DNA from: Mobula hypostoma
Lineage: Eukaryota
DNA length: 64,000 bases
Direction: 5' to 3'
Assembly: GCF_963921235.1 (NCBI RefSeq)
Contig: NC_086109.1
Span: forward strand, 21,764,001 to 21,828,000
Part shown: positions 40,411 to 54,295 of the stretch, in pieces
Layout of the letters: each line of letters begins with the position of its first letter
Numbering within the stretch: the first letter of the stretch is position 1
Notes under the pieces: model-generated
What the model was told of the DNA's origin: nothing
Seen by the model: the letters and a program-made list of their open reading frames with translations, nothing else
Database searches by the model: none
Made by a program: the position numbers and the translations under genes

Positions 40411-41115
40411 ATCCACAAGCACCATCTCCTATACAGTTTATAATTACTGTATCCCTCATTCTTTTTCAATCTACCACTGGCCAATTCTGACTAACTTGTG
40501 CAATCACCATGTTCTCGTCATGCATGGCAGTTGAAGGAGCACTGATGAATGCCCATTTCTTGTTTGCACAATCAAAAACCAATGATAATTAAGATTTTAT
40601 TGAGAAAAACAAAGTTGTTAACCCACTGATCATCAAAGAAAGTTCTTCTTTTTCTATTTACAGAGTAGTTACCCTACACCCTCACTAAAGCTTTTATGCT
40701 TTACTGGTCTGCTAAATACAAGATATTTACTATTAATAATTTGTGAATCTTATCTTCTACCCAGAGTACAGGCAGAAAAACTTCAAGAACATATTTTGCC
40801 TGGTTTTGCAGCAACTCATTTAAAGGGTCATTTCTCAAAGCCCAGTTGTTCAATATTAAAAATTAAAACAAATCGCAGATGCTTGCAGTGTGTACAAGAA
40901 GCATTCCCCCAACAAGAATGACAGAGAATACTGCAGTAAAGGCTGAGTCATAGCACAGTTAAGGGGAAAAGTGGCAGTTGATAGGAAATTCAGCTCACCG
41001 GTGATAGAAAAATGGAGGGCTGTAGAGGAAGAGAAGACTGGATTTATCATAGAGTACATTAAAAGGTCAGTACAACATTGTAGGTCAAAGGGCCTGGACT
41101 GTGCCATTGTGTTAT

Positions 41116-42646
41116 TATGTGTGCATAATGAAGAACTTTGGTTCCCAGTGTGCATTGTGGGTGGTTCACATGAAACCAGAAGCGACATTAGTGAACAGGA
41201 CACACGTACACGCACACACGAACACACATACGTGCACACATGCACATGGACTTGGCGGGCTGGGGTGCCTGAAGTAAAATGTAGCCGAGGTGAAGCCATT
41301 CTGTAAATCTGCAAATTAAATCATTCTAGTGTTTTTACCCACGCAAAGTTTGTCTTTGTTAAAGAGCGAACATTGTAGGTGGCATCCGTTAGTCTCGCGA
41401 GACCATGGATCTGCGCCTGGAAAGACTTTTTTCAGTCTGTGTTAGAACAGCATCTGTTGTGGCTGTAGAGACCCATACCAGAGTGACAGTCTTGGCTGCA
41501 GCGACTGCACTTGAAGGCGCTGTCCTCCAGTGTTGTCTTGGTGCTGTTTTTCCGACGAGTGCGCTTTTCTTCAGCAGCAAGCCTCAGCTTCTCTTCTCCT
41601 CTTTTTAGATCTCTGCGTAGTTCCAGCCGCCGTGAGAGCGATCGCTTGCGATGTTATCCCACCTCTCAACGTTCATTTTCAATGACTTCAAATCTCTCTT
41701 GCAAACGTCTTTGAAACTAAGATGGGGCCGCCCTTGTACTCTCTTGCTGGAGGCCAGTTCCCCGTACAGCAGATCTTTCGGGATCCTCCCGTCTGACATG
41801 CGGTGTACGTGGCCCAGCCAGCGGAGATGGCGTTGTTGGAACAGGGTGAAGAGGCTGAGTATCTGAGTGTGGGCCAGGACCTCATTGTAGGTGACTCGGT
41901 CAGTCCACATGATGTCCAGGATGCGTCTCAGGCTACGAAGGTGGAAGGCGTTGAGACACCGCTTCTTGTCTGTAGTAGAGGCTCCAGGTCTCTAGCAAAC
42001 ATAACATGGTGTCAAAAGCATGACTCACTGATTACATGGATGTAGTCCAGGGCTCCATTAAGAGGCATGTGGAACACATTACGGTCACACAATCAGAACA
42101 AGAACAGAGACAATTGGATAGGATCTTGGGAGAAGGATGTGAAAGAAATGAACATGTAGATCAGAGTTCTCAGAGGGACACTGGAATTAATGAAGCAAAG
42201 GAAAGCAAATACCAAATCTGTGAAATCAAATAGCAGTCCAAAAGGGATCATTGAGCCTCTACAGAGATGGATTGAGAGTGACTGAGTGAATTGGAGCCTG
42301 TATTTGCTGATTATAATTGAAGTTAACGTACAAAAAATATCTTTGTTGGAAAGCATTATTGTGTCTTGCAGGATTATGAGGACATAGAGTTGTGTTTATT
42401 TTCTTTAAAGGGAGAAGATGTGTGTACGCAATAAAGAACTTCAGTTTCCAGTGTGCAATGCGGGTGGTTCACTTGGAACTGGAAGTGACATTGGTGAACA
42501 GGACACACACACATGATCTCTTGGAAGGCTATTGTGTCCCAAGTAAAATGTAGTTGAGCTGAAGCCATTCTATAAATCTGTAAATAAAATAGTTCTAGCA
42601 TTTTTACCCACACAAAATTTGTCCTTGTTAAAGAACCAACAGAACA
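41116..42646 (+). mobile_element. Non-autonomous mini LTR element (TRIM-like, Gypsy-type PBS)
   Basis: 5' LTR 41116-42006 (interrupted by an RTE), PBS TGGTGTCAAAAG at 42007, about 410 bp internal region, PPT AAAGGGAGAAGA ending at 42418, 3' LTR 42419-42646 (TG..AACA). Confidence 0.8.
41374..41993 (-). mobile_element. RTE LINE 3' fragment
   Basis: LRWLGHVHRMSDGRIPKDLLYGEL...GRPHLSFKDVCKRDLK. TSD AGC(G/A)AACAT at 41365-41373 and 41994-42002. Confidence 0.85.
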
Positions 42647-43138
42647 TTAAATTTCTATGTTCCATGAAAGTGAGAGAGAACCAGTGGCTGAAGAATCAAT
42701 GGAAACAGGAGCGACTTGGGGAAAGGAGAACTGGGAATTTGGGATGAAGGGATAAATAATGAGTCAGAACAATTTGGAGACCATACAATAAAGAAAGGGT
42801 AGATGAAATGGGAAATGTTAGTGAACAGACCGCTGAGAAGCAAAAGGAATTATAAACTGGAAGCAGACGTAACGGGCAGTGTAACACTGGAAGTAGACAG
42901 TAGAACTTTGCCCATGGTTCAATATTTCAGATGTGGGGCAAATAAAGAAGAAATAAAAGTAAGAAAACGGACAACAGCAGGGGCCAATTGGAAAACGTGT
43001 GACAAAGCACAGAACCAAGGAAAAAAAGTACAGTCGATGTTTCGGGCCAAAACCTTTTTCCATAGATGCTGCCTTGCCTGCTGAGTTCCGCCAGCATTTT
43101 GTGTGTATTGCTCAGATTTCCAGCATCTGCAGAGTTTC

Positions 43139-43229
43139 ACACATCAAAGTTGCTGGTGAACGCAGCAGGCCAGGCAGCATCTATAGGAAGAGGCGCAGTC
43201 GACGTTTCAGGCCGAGACCCTTCGTCAGG
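43139..43229 (-). mobile_element. 91-bp PLE end (hammerhead to short 3' end) inserted in the tail of an older PLE end (about 43020-43252)
   Basis: TSD ATCTGCAGAGTTTC at 43125-43138 and 43230-43243. Confidence 0.85.
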
Positions 43230-43754
43230 ATCTGCAGAGTTTCTCTTATTTGTGAACTGCTACCGAGAATCAGATCCTTTGCTCACACTGAATGTGCAGC
43301 AGACCAAGAGCAAGAAAACAATCTGTATGAAGGACCTTCCGGAGGTTCCTCTATTTCCCTCCCACTATAAGTTGCTTCTACTGAGGCTGTTGTGCGCCAT
43401 TATATTTGATTCCAGCTGTTACTATCTCTCAGCCTCGAATCCACGTTGATTTCACCTGCGAGAACATTTGTTCCATTGACAGCTGAAATATTTAAACTCA
43501 TTTGATGTTTTGGTGGTTATGCAAATTGAAAAATGGGTATGTTCACTGGCATCCTTTTGATATTCCTCCTGTGCACGAGCATGTGAACAGGAGAGGTAGC
43601 AAACATGTGCAAGCAGATGGGATTAGTTTGGCATGGCATCTTGGTCAGTACGGAAAATATGGGCCACAGGACCTGCTCTGGTCTGGTGCTCTACCATCTT
43701 ATCTTTTATTCTATTATGTTTAAATTAACTACATTTTAAATTTCTCTGTTGACT

Positions 43755-44142
43755 CACACAAAATGCTGGAGGAACTCGGCAGATCAGGCAGCATCTAGGG
43801 AACAGAGTGAACAGTCGACATTTCGGGCCGAGACCCTTCTTCAGGACTGAGGAAGAAGATGCCTGAATTAAATGGGGGGTGGGGGGAGAAGGAGCCTAGC
43901 TGGAGGGTGATAGGTGAAGCCAAGTGGATAGTAAGGTAAAGGGCTGGATAAGAAATAATCTAATAGGAGAGGAGAGTGGACTGCAGGAGAAAGGGAAGGA
44001 GGTGGGGATCCAGGAGGAGATGATAGGCAGGTAAGAAGTGGGGAATAGAGGGGTGGGAATTTTGTTCACCAGAAGGATTAATCAATATTCATACTATTAA
44101 GTTGGAGGGAACCCAGATGGAATATAAGGTGTTGCTCCTTCA
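43755..44142 (-). mobile_element. PLE 3' fragment, older subfamily
   Basis: ORF end (EQHLIFHLGSLQ), purine-skewed UTR on the plus strand, hammerhead remnant near 43813-43848. Confidence 0.75.
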
Positions 44143-44413
44143 CTCTGTTGATTCTAATGTGCTTTGGGTGTACCTGTATTGACCAGTGCACTGATATGGA
44201 AAGTATTTCCCAGACCAGTTGAACTTGTAAAGTCCTCCTCGTGAACATATTGAAGTGGATGTCTAACCTGAGAGGGTTGATTCATGGACTAGTCAAGCCA
44301 CAGTCTGACATAGTAATCCTCACAGAATTGCACTATCAACGTTGTGCCAGACTCCTTCCTGGATACATTATGATACAACCAGCAGGACAACCATACAATA
44401 TTTTGTAGTACAA

Positions 44414-44641
44414 GGAACACTCACAACATGCTGGAGGAACTCAGCAGGTCAGGCAGCAACTGTGGAAAAGATTGGTCGACGTTTCGGGCCGGAACCCTTC
44501 ATCAGGACACAAGAGCAAGAAAAAGGTTCCCGCCTGAAACATCGACCAATCTTTTCCACGGATGCTGCCCGACCTGCTGAGTTCCTCCAGCATGTTGTGA
44601 GTGTTGCTTTGACCCCAGCATCTGCAGATTATTCTGTATCC
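44414..44641. mobile_element. PLE fold-back insertion (third subfamily)
   Basis: Minus arm with hammerhead GTCCTGATGAAGGGTTCCGGCCCGAAACGTCGAC; plus arm with tail. TSD TGTAGTACAA at 44404-44413 and 44642-44651. Confidence 0.85.
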
Positions 44642-45157
44642 TGTAGTACAAACAGCCTATCTTTCAGAATTAGCTGCACCTCTAGCCAAGCAGTGCCAGT
44701 ATAGTTACAACACTGACATCTACCCAACAATGTAGAAAATGCCCTGATATACCCTGTTCATACACAAATCCAACCCAAAGCGACACACAAAATGCTCGAG
44801 GAACTCAGCAGGTCTATCAGCATCAGTGGAGAGGAATAAACTGTTGCATTTTGGGCTACAACCCTTCACCAGGACTGAAATTCAATCTGGCTAATTACTA
44901 CTCAGTCTACCGTCAATCGTTGGCAAGGTGATGGAAAGCTGTCATCTACAGCATTACCAAATCAAAGCTCAAAGTAAATCTCTTGCCAAAGTATGTTTAC
45001 AGTGTGTTACCACTTAGTACCTTGAGATTCATTTTCCTGCAGGCATAAAAAATACAATACAATTTATGAAAAGCTAAACATAAACAAAGACTGACAAATA
45101 AACAATGTGTCAAAGAAGACAAACTGTGCAAATAAAATTAATACTGAGAACATGAAT

Positions 45158-45555
45158 GATGACAGTGATGTTGTGGGGATGGAACTGGACTCTCTGACGG
45201 TGGTGTCTGAAAAGAAGATGCTGTCCAAGTTGCATGCCATCTTGGACAATGTCTCCCATCCACTACATAATGTCCTGGTTGGGCACAGGAGTACATTCAA
45301 CCAGAGACTCATTCCACCGAGATGCAACACTGACTGTCATAGGAAGTCTTTCCTGCCTGTGGCCATCAAAGTTTACAACTCCTCCCTTGGAGGGTCAGAC
45401 ACCCTGAGCCAATAGGCTGGTCCTGGACTTATTTCCTGGCATAATTTACATATTACTATTTAATTATTTATGGTTTTATTACTATTTAATTATTTATGGT
45501 GCAACTGTAACGAAAACCAATTTCCCTCAGGATCAATAAAGTATGACTATGACTA
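45158..45555 (+). mobile_element. Rex/Babar-like LINE 3' end nested in another LINE fragment
   Basis: KLHAILDNVSHPLH...RKSFLPVAIKVYN, a (GACTAT)n tail, and flanking ATGAAT duplication. Confidence 0.75.
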
Positions 45556-46828
45556 TGAATTGTTAAGAGTCCTTGACGTAAACTTGGAGGTCGTAGCATC
45601 AGTTCAGGGTGGTGGATATTTAAGTTATTCATACCGGTTTGGGAGTGTGATGATTGTAGAGTAATGAACCTAGTGGTGTGGGACCTAAAGTTTTCTAATG
45701 GTGCTTACTCACCAACAACCCGCACATAAGCACCAAATATGGGCTTCACAAAGACGATTTGGCACCAGATCTAATCACCTCATCTCCAATGATGAGAATC
45801 TCAACTGGACTCGCCTCATAACGACTCTGGCTACCATAAAAAGTCAGGGCATTATTCTGTGACTAACTCACCTCTTGAAATCCCTAGTTGACACCATTTG
45901 CAAACTCAGAAGCCTGAGGTAAGTTGGAATTCTCGCTTGCTGATGGCAATGCTCTCAGAAAACTCAACACCATCCAGGACAAAGCAACTCACGTGATTGG
46001 CACATCAAGCAACCTAAAAGGCCTAGATAGACTGGACATGGAGAGGATGTTTCCATAGTGGGACAGTCTCAGACCAGAGGGCACAACTCAGAAAACTAGG
46101 ACATACCTTTAGAACAGAGATGAGGTGGAATTTCTTTAGCCAGAGGGTGGTATGTGTATAGAGCCTGACGGCTAAGGGGTAGTAACTGTTCTTGAACCTG
46201 GCGGTGAGAGTCCTGATGGCAGTAACGAGAAAGGAGCATAACCTGGGCGGTGATGATCTTTGATGATGGACACTGCTTTCCTGCAACGGCGTTCATCTAG
46301 ATGTACCCAATGGTTGGAAGTACTGAGAAGTACTGGGCATTAATGATCAAAATGTTGGGGAAGTCCAGAACGAGGGGTCACAGTTTGAGGATAAAGAGGA
46401 AGCCTTTTAGGACTGAGATGAGGAAAGACTTCTTCACACAGAGAGTGGTGAATCTGTGGAATTCTCTGCCACAGGAAACAGTTGAGGCCAGTTCATTGGC
46501 TAAACAAGAGGGAGTTAGATATGGCCCTTGTGGCTGAAGGAATCAGGGGGTATGGAGAGAAGGCAGGTACAGGGTTCTGAGATGGATGATCAGCCATGAT
46601 CATACTGAATGGCGGTGGGTTCAAGTGGTTTCTGGAGCTCACAGAGTTGCCGATTATGAACTGTCATTGTGACTGGGTTACTCATGTAAATTCAAGGGAA
46701 TAAATAGGCCAAGGGATGTAAGGAGAACATCCCTCTCCTTCACTTTTAACCAGACCATCCTTTATAATCATCTGAGAGAATAGATGGACTTTGATGCCTC
46801 AGCTTCAATTAGGCACTTCCAACAGCAA

Positions 46829-47434
<606 letters not shown>

Positions 47435-47659
47435 GCTGGAGGAACTCAGCAGGTTGGGCAGCATCTATGGAGAGGAACAAACAATCGATGTTTCATGCTG
47501 AGCCCCTTCATCGGGATTTACAGCATCTCCAGAATCTCTCGTTTTCAGGCATATTCATCAGTCCTGTCCAAGAGTACCGTATCAGATTATACGATTTAGG
47601 AGCAGAATTAGGACATTCAGACTATCTAACCTTCTCTGCAGTTTTAGATTGTGTGTGTG

Positions 47660-47855
47660 TTTATTTATTTATGTTGATACAGTGCAGAACAGGCCCTTTG
47701 AGTCACGCCGCCCAGCAATCGCCCTAATCACTGTGGGAGGAAAGCCCACAAGGTCACAGGGAGAATGTACAAACTCCTTACAGACAGTGGCGGGAGTTCA
47801 GCCTGGGTCACTGGTACTGTACAGTGTTATGTAAACCATTACGCTATCATGCCGT
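47660..47855 (-). mobile_element. V-SINE-like tRNA SINE (internally deleted)
   Basis: Reversed tRNA-like head at the right end and GAGTTTGTACATTCTCCCTGTGACC core. Confidence 0.6.
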
Positions 47856-49964
47856 CCCATAAAAACCGAAAATGCTGGAAAAGCCCAGGTTGTATAGTAT
47901 CTGTGGAAAGAGATGAAGAGATAACGTTTTCAGTCCAAGACCCGACGCTGTTTCAGATTTCCAGCATCTGCATTTGTTTTGATTTAGATCATTGTTAATT
48001 CCTTGGCATGTGATTTCAGTATATTATGCGCTGACCCAAAATGAAGACAACATATTCATTTTTCTTGATGCGTAGAAGTGTTTATGTAAAATAAAACCAG
48101 GAGCAGTGCCAACATGGCTCTGTAGAGCTCCCCTCCAGTCATGTGTCAGTGTTCTGGAACACATATCTATCCCCGCTCCCAACCCCTCCTGCTGTTTCCC
48201 CACACCTCTTCACCCTTCAGAAACTCATAATCCTTCCAAGAGAAGCAGAGAAAAATTTTAAACACAGAAAATAAGAAAGAAGCTGAGAAGCATGATGAAT
48301 GCTAGCAAATTTATGCCCTTGGCAATTGTTTGCTCAAAGTAACTGGAAACTGTCTTGGGAAATTCTTTAATGTGAATGGTATGGGCTGGGTTTCTCACAC
48401 TGACCTCAGTCAATCCACAGTCTCAAAACCCGACTGTAAACAGGCATTTTAGAAATACTCTGGCATAAAATGGAAGAACAGCTACTTCCCTTCAACCATT
48501 TGTTTCTTGAACCAACCAGCACACGCCTAATCACTATAGCAACGTTATGACTGCTTTGATCACTTTGCACTAACAATAGACTTGGTCTTTGTTTTTCTCT
48601 AATTACGTAAAAAATTGTGTATAATTTATGTTTATGTTTTTCTAGTCAATTCTGATTTATATGTGCCTCTGATATTGCAGCAAGTTTATCATTGTGTCTA
48701 CACTAACATGTACTTGTGCAAATGGCAATAAACCCAACTTCGACAGCTTGGCTGAACATTAGCTAAAGCACCCAATACTACTGGGACCACTGGTCATGGA
48801 GTGATTTTGGGAATCCATAAATAGCAGCACGAGGCCTCTCAGATGACCTGGCACACAGAACGTTAGTCACCAAATACAGATCTCCTTGGTAAACCAGTAA
48901 TAAATAGTCCTCTTTAAACTCTGTATACTTGATACTTAAATGTCACTCTGTTACTGGAAACACAGTAAGAGTCAGGTCAAGTCAAGTCATTTTTTATTGT
49001 CATTTCGACCATAATTGCTCGTACAGTACACAGTAAAAACAAAACAATGTTTTTCGGGACCATGGTGCTACGTAAAACAACACAAAAACTACACTAGACT
49101 ACAGACCTACTCAGGACTGCATAAAGTGCACAAAACAGTGCAGGCATTACAATAAATAATAAACAAGACAATAGGCACAGTGGAGGGCAGTAGGTTGGTG
49201 CCTTTGAATAGAGGTCATTCAAAGAACAATTCCTGAAGAGCTATTTAGCTGGTTCAAGGGTAATCCAATCCTTAATTATATTTACTAATCTTTCTTCCAC
49301 TACCCTTGGCACCCTTACTACTCAAAACTCTGCAAGTTCTGCATTATTCACTGAACCCCTCAGTTCAATAGCTTTCTGGAGGAGAGATGAATTCCAGAGT
49401 TCCACCATACTGTGTATGAAATGCTTCCTGACACCATCTCAGCTTTAGATTTTCTTTCATGAGATATATAAAATAATGAGGAGTATAGGGGATAAACTTT
49501 AGTAGGCTTTCCCCACTTTAGTTGGATGAGACTAGAACTAGGGGTCATAGGTTAAAGGTAAAAGGTGAAATACTTAAGGGGAATTTCTTCACTCAAAAGG
49601 TGTTGTGAGTGTGGAATGAGCTGCCCGGGGAAACGGTGGATGCGGGTTCAATTGCAATATTTCAGAGGAGTTTGGGTAAGTACATGGATGGAGGACTAGG
49701 TTCCAGATGTAGTTTGATGAGACTAGAATAACAGTTCTGGACCGATTGCTGTCGATGGACCAGTTTCTGTGCTGAAGCTCTCTACGGCTCTGTGACTTGG
49801 ATGGTACTGTCAACGTTGATTGCACATTCCTAATTGCCCATGAAGCTGTTAAGTGTCAACCTCATTTCAGTGTCTGAGGTCACACATGGTCCAGACAGTT
49901 ATAGAGAGAAGACTTCATTCATTAATGAACATCAGTATGTCAAGTGGGTGTTTAACACAATCTA

Positions 49965-50088
49965 ACAACAGGAATTCTGCAGATGCTGGAAATTCAAGCA
50001 ACATACATCAAAGTTGCTGGTGAACGCAGCAGGCCAGGCAACATCTATAGGAAGAGGCGCAGTTGACGTTTCAGGCCGAGACCCTTCA
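49965..50088 (-). mobile_element. PLE 3' end with tail, truncated within the hammerhead
   Basis: Near-identical to the left arm at 38843-38965. Confidence 0.8.
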
Positions 50089-50349
50089 GTTTTCACAGTT
50101 ACCATTACTGAAACTAGGCATAATTTCTACATTTGTCTCACCACACCAATCTCTTTCAATCTACCTTTTGAATCTCATCCAAGAATTTAAATACCCCCAA
50201 AAGACCTCCTTAATCTCAAACACACCTGTGTATTTACCTTTGTAAAAGTTTAAGGAGGTTTGGCTTGTCACCAAACACAAACAAACCTCTACTGACGTAT
50301 TGTTGAAAGTATCTTGACTCTGAGCATTATGGTCTGGGACAGCAATTGA

Positions 50350-50897
50350 AAGTTCAAAGATCAAATTAAATTTATTATCACCGTACATATATGTCACCAT
50401 ATAATACCCTGAGATTCATTTTCTTGCGGGCATTCTCAGTAAATCCAAAACTCATGTTGGAATCAATGAAAGACCCCACCAGTTGGGTATACAACCAGTG
50501 TGCAAAAGACATCAAACTGTGCAAATACATAAATAAATGAATAAGCAAGCAAGCAAGAAATATTAAAAACATGAGGTGAAGAGCCTGTGAAAGTGAGTCC
50601 ACAAGTTGTGGGAACGGTTCAGTGATGAGGCAAGTGAAACTGAGTGAAGTTATCCTCTTTGGTTCAAAAGGCTGATGGTTGAGGGGTAATACTATTCCTG
50701 AACCTGGTGGTGAGAGTCCTGGGGCTCCTGTACCTTCTTCCTGATGGCAGCAGCGAGAAGAGAGCATGTCCTGGGGGTGGTGGGGGTCCCTAATGATGGA
50801 TGCTGTTTTCCTGCAACAGCGGTCCATGTGGATGTGCTTAATGGTGGGGGCAGCTTTACCTGTGATAGTCTGGGCTGTATCTACTACTTTTTGTAGT
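50350..50897 (-). mobile_element. Rex/Babar- or L2-like LINE 3' fragment
   Basis: LQKVVDTAQTITGK...RCCRKTASIIRDPHHP remnant; same UTR as 2085-2820. Confidence 0.7.
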
Positions 50898-51029
50898 CTG
50901 AGGAATTGCAGAATAGTGAACACCACCCAATACATCGCAGATACATTCCTCCCAACCATTGGTGGTATCTACAGGAGGCATTGCCTCAAGAAGACAACAT
51001 CCGTCATCAGTGATCCTCACTACGGGATT

Positions 51030-51240
51030 GGTTGGCTGGCGGCGCAGTGAGATCAGCGCCGGACTCCGGAGCGAAGGTTCCCGAGCTTGAATCCAGGTCG
51101 GGCCACCCTGGAGCACACTTTCCATCCGTGCCGGGTTGAGCATCGAGCTAGCCACTCGGCTTCATAAAAAATACAAGAGTTGAGTCAGGAGTGTTCATAA
51201 AGTGACACGGTTAATCCTGACACCAAGTGCCAGACAAGAA
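51030..51240 (+). mobile_element. tRNA-derived SINE
   Basis: A-box-like TGGCGGCGCAGTGAG and B-box-like GAGCTTGAATCC, followed by a non-tRNA body. Confidence 0.55.
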
Positions 51241-51805
51241 TAGAAACATAGAAACATAGAAAATAGGTGCAGTAGTAGGCCATTCGGCCCTTCGAGCCTG
51301 CACCGCCATTCAGTATGATCATGGCTGATCATCCGACTCAGAACCCTATACCTGCCTTCTCTCCATACCCCCTGATCCCTTTAGTCACAAGGACCATATC
51401 TAACTCCCTCTTAAATATAGCCAATGAACTGGCCTCAACTGTTTCCTGTGGCAGAGAATTCCACAGATTCACCACTCTCTGTGTGAAGAAGTTTTTCCTC
51501 ATCTCGGTCCTAAAAGGCTTCCCCTTTATCCTTAAACTGTGACCCCTCATTCTGGACTTCCCCAACATTGGGAACAATCTTCCTGCATCTAGCTTGTCCA
51601 ATCCCTTTAGGATTTTATACGTTTCAATAAGATACCCCCTCAATCTTCTAAATTCCAGCGAGTATAAGCCTAGTCGATCAAGTCTTTCATCATATGAAAG
51701 TCCTGCCATCCCGGGAATTAATCTGGTGAACCTTCTTTGTACTCCCTCTATGGCAAGAATGCTTTCCTCAGATTAGGGGACCAAAACTGCACACAATACT
51801 CCAGG

Positions 51806-52044
51806 CAACACACATCAAAGTTGCTGGTGAACGCAGCAGGCCAAGCAGCATCTCTAGGAAGAGGTGCAGTCGACGTTTCAGGCCGAGACCCTTCGTCAGG
51901 AGTCCTGACGAAGCGTCTCGGCCTGAAACGTCGACTGCACCTCTTCCTAGAGATGCTGCTTGGCCTGCTGCGTTCACCAGTAACTTTGATGTGTGTTGCT
52001 TGAATTTCCAGCATCTGCAGAATTCCTGTTGTTTGCGTTTAAAA
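51806..52044. mobile_element. PLE fold-back with two head-to-head hammerhead motifs
   Basis: Near-perfect palindrome centred at about 51901. Perfect TSD ACAATACTCCAGG at 51793-51805 and 52045-52057. Confidence 0.9.
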
Positions 52045-52706
52045 ACAATACTCCAGGTGTGGTCTCACCAAGGCCTTGTACAACTGCTGTAGTACCTCCC
52101 TGCTCCTATACTCGAATCCTCTTGCTATGAATGCCAGCATACCATTCGCCTTTTTCACTGCCTGCTGTACCTGCATGCCCACTTTCAATGACTGGTGTAT
52201 AATGACACCCAGGTCTCGTTGCACCTCCCCTTTTCCTAATCGGCCACCTTTCAGATAATAATCTGTTTTCCTGTTCTTGCCACCAAAGTGGATAACCTCA
52301 CATTTATCCACATTAAATTGCATCTGCTATGAATTTGCCCACTCACCTAACCTATCCAAGTCACCCTGCATCCTCTTAGCATCCTCCTCACTGCTAACAC
52401 TGCTGCCCAGCTTCGTGTCATCCGCAAACTTGGAGATGCTGCATTTAATTCCCTCATTTAGGTCATTAATATATATTGTAAACAACTGGGGTCCCAGCAC
52501 TGACCCTTGCAGTACCCCACTAGTCACTGCCTGCCATTCTGAAAAGGTCCCGTTTATTCCCACTCTTTGCTTCCTGTCTGCCAACCAATTCTCTATCTAC
52601 ATCAATACCATATACCCAATAACATGTGCTTTAAGTTTGCACACTAATCTCCTGTGTGGGACCTTGTCAAAAGCCTTTTGAAAATCCAAATATACCTCAT
52701 CCACTG

Positions 52707-52813
52707 CCCCTTCCCTCTACAGTCCTGACGAAGGGTTCCGGCCCGAAACGTCGACCAATCTTTTCCACGGGTGCTGCCCGACCTGCTGAGTTCCTCCAGC
52801 GTGTTGTGAGTGT
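52707..52813 (+). mobile_element. 107-bp PLE end with an intact hammerhead motif
   Basis: GTC CTGACGA AGGGTTCCGGCCC GAAA CGTC GAC at 52722-52755. TSD TACC(T/A)CATCCACTG at 52693-52706 and 52814-52827. Confidence 0.88.
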
Positions 52814-53904
52814 TACCACATCCACTGGTTCTCCCCTATCCACTCTACTAGTTACATCCTCAAAAAATTCTGTGAGATTTGTCAGACATGATTTTCCTTT
52901 CACAAATGGCTGAACGTCTGATACGACACACTTAAAAAAAACTATGGGGACCATGTCATCTTCCCGCTGCTACCATTAGGCAGGAAGTACAGAAACCTGA
53001 GGTCTCACGACACTAGGTTCAAGAACGGCTACTCCCTTTCAACAGTTTGGTTCTTGAATAAACTGGGACAACCTTCATCACTACCTCAGTACAGCAAAAC
53101 TATGAATAGTTTAATCACCTTGCACTACAAAGGAGTTTTTGTTTGTTCTAGTTGTGTCCTTTCTAGTTAAAGTTGCATTATGTTTAGAACATAGAGTACT
53201 ACAACACAGTAAATGCCCTTTGGCCCACAATGTTGTGACGACTTTTTAACCTAACCTTTCCCTCCCTCATAGCCCTCCATTTAACTTCTGTGAATGCTGT
53301 TTACATGAAGTATGTGTCTGTGATGCTGTTACAAGTAAGCTTTTCATTCTACCTGTGTACATACTGTATGTACTTGTGCATATGATAATGAACTCCATTT
53401 TGAATTTGATCCTCAGGACCTAAGAATTTTCAGCTAATGTCAACTGCCTTCCTTATTTAACTTGTCAAAGTCCAAAACATCCTTCCAGAAGTGCCCGCTT
53501 TTATTCAGTTTGGCGGTTGGAGTTTGACCAGATTATTATTCTATTGAAACATAATTACCAACTTTATCTTTCATGCAACAGACAACCTGAAATTCTTGTT
53601 CATCGTAGACATTCACAACAACAGAAAGGTACCGCAAAGAATGAGTGACAGTAAAAACATTAGAGCCCCAAAGTCCCCTTCTCCCCCTCCCATGCACAAG
53701 TGGCAGCAAGCCCTCTCCCTCCCTACTTACTTCAGCAAAAAAAGCATCAGCACACCACACCCACAAAAACTAATCACTCACCTGACAATTCGACATACCA
53801 CAGGCTCTGCCTCTCCCTAAATAAGGGGGCGGAGAAGTGCCACTCAGTGAGAGGAGAGACTTTTCCAATGACTTTCAGATATTAATTGACATTTGATCTT
53901 CACT

Positions 53905-54295
53905 CTTCTTTTATTGAATGGGCAGCAATGAAGGTCCTCCATCACTTGGGGTGTTCAGGACTTCCTTCATCGTGTCAGCAGTTCAGTTTTCACTCCCGTC
54001 AGTCAGGCAAGTCCCGGGTAGAGACTCAAGAATACCACTGCACTCAGATATAGAAGGATTCTTCATTGCTGTTTCCGAACAGTTTTGTTTTACCAGTCAG
54101 GGTTGCTAACACTGAGCTGAACCCCTGAAGCTGGAGGACCCATGGACCACTCTTAGTCTGGCTTCTACACTTTGACCTGTTTGGCATAGGTGACCCTACC
54201 AAGAGCCGAAGGACAAGGTCTTGACTCCAGCCAACATAGCTCTCCAGGTTACTGAGAGACACGAGCCTCCGATCCCTACAAGGTTGTGGACCTCC
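53905..54295 (-). mobile_element. RTE/Expander-derived short non-autonomous element
   Basis: Reverse strand has GAGCTATGTTG...TGGTAGGGTCACCTATGCCAAACAGGTC, resembling the RTE/Rex3 5' UTR as recalled, with no ORF. Confidence 0.5.

Larger units (their letters stand above)
51240..52908 (-). mobile_element. CR1 LINE 3' 1.3 kb, carrying two PLE insertions
   Basis: FVKGKSCLTNL, GVLQGSVLGP, FADD, LVRPHLEYC; (TATGTTTC)n tail at 51240. Confidence 0.9.
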
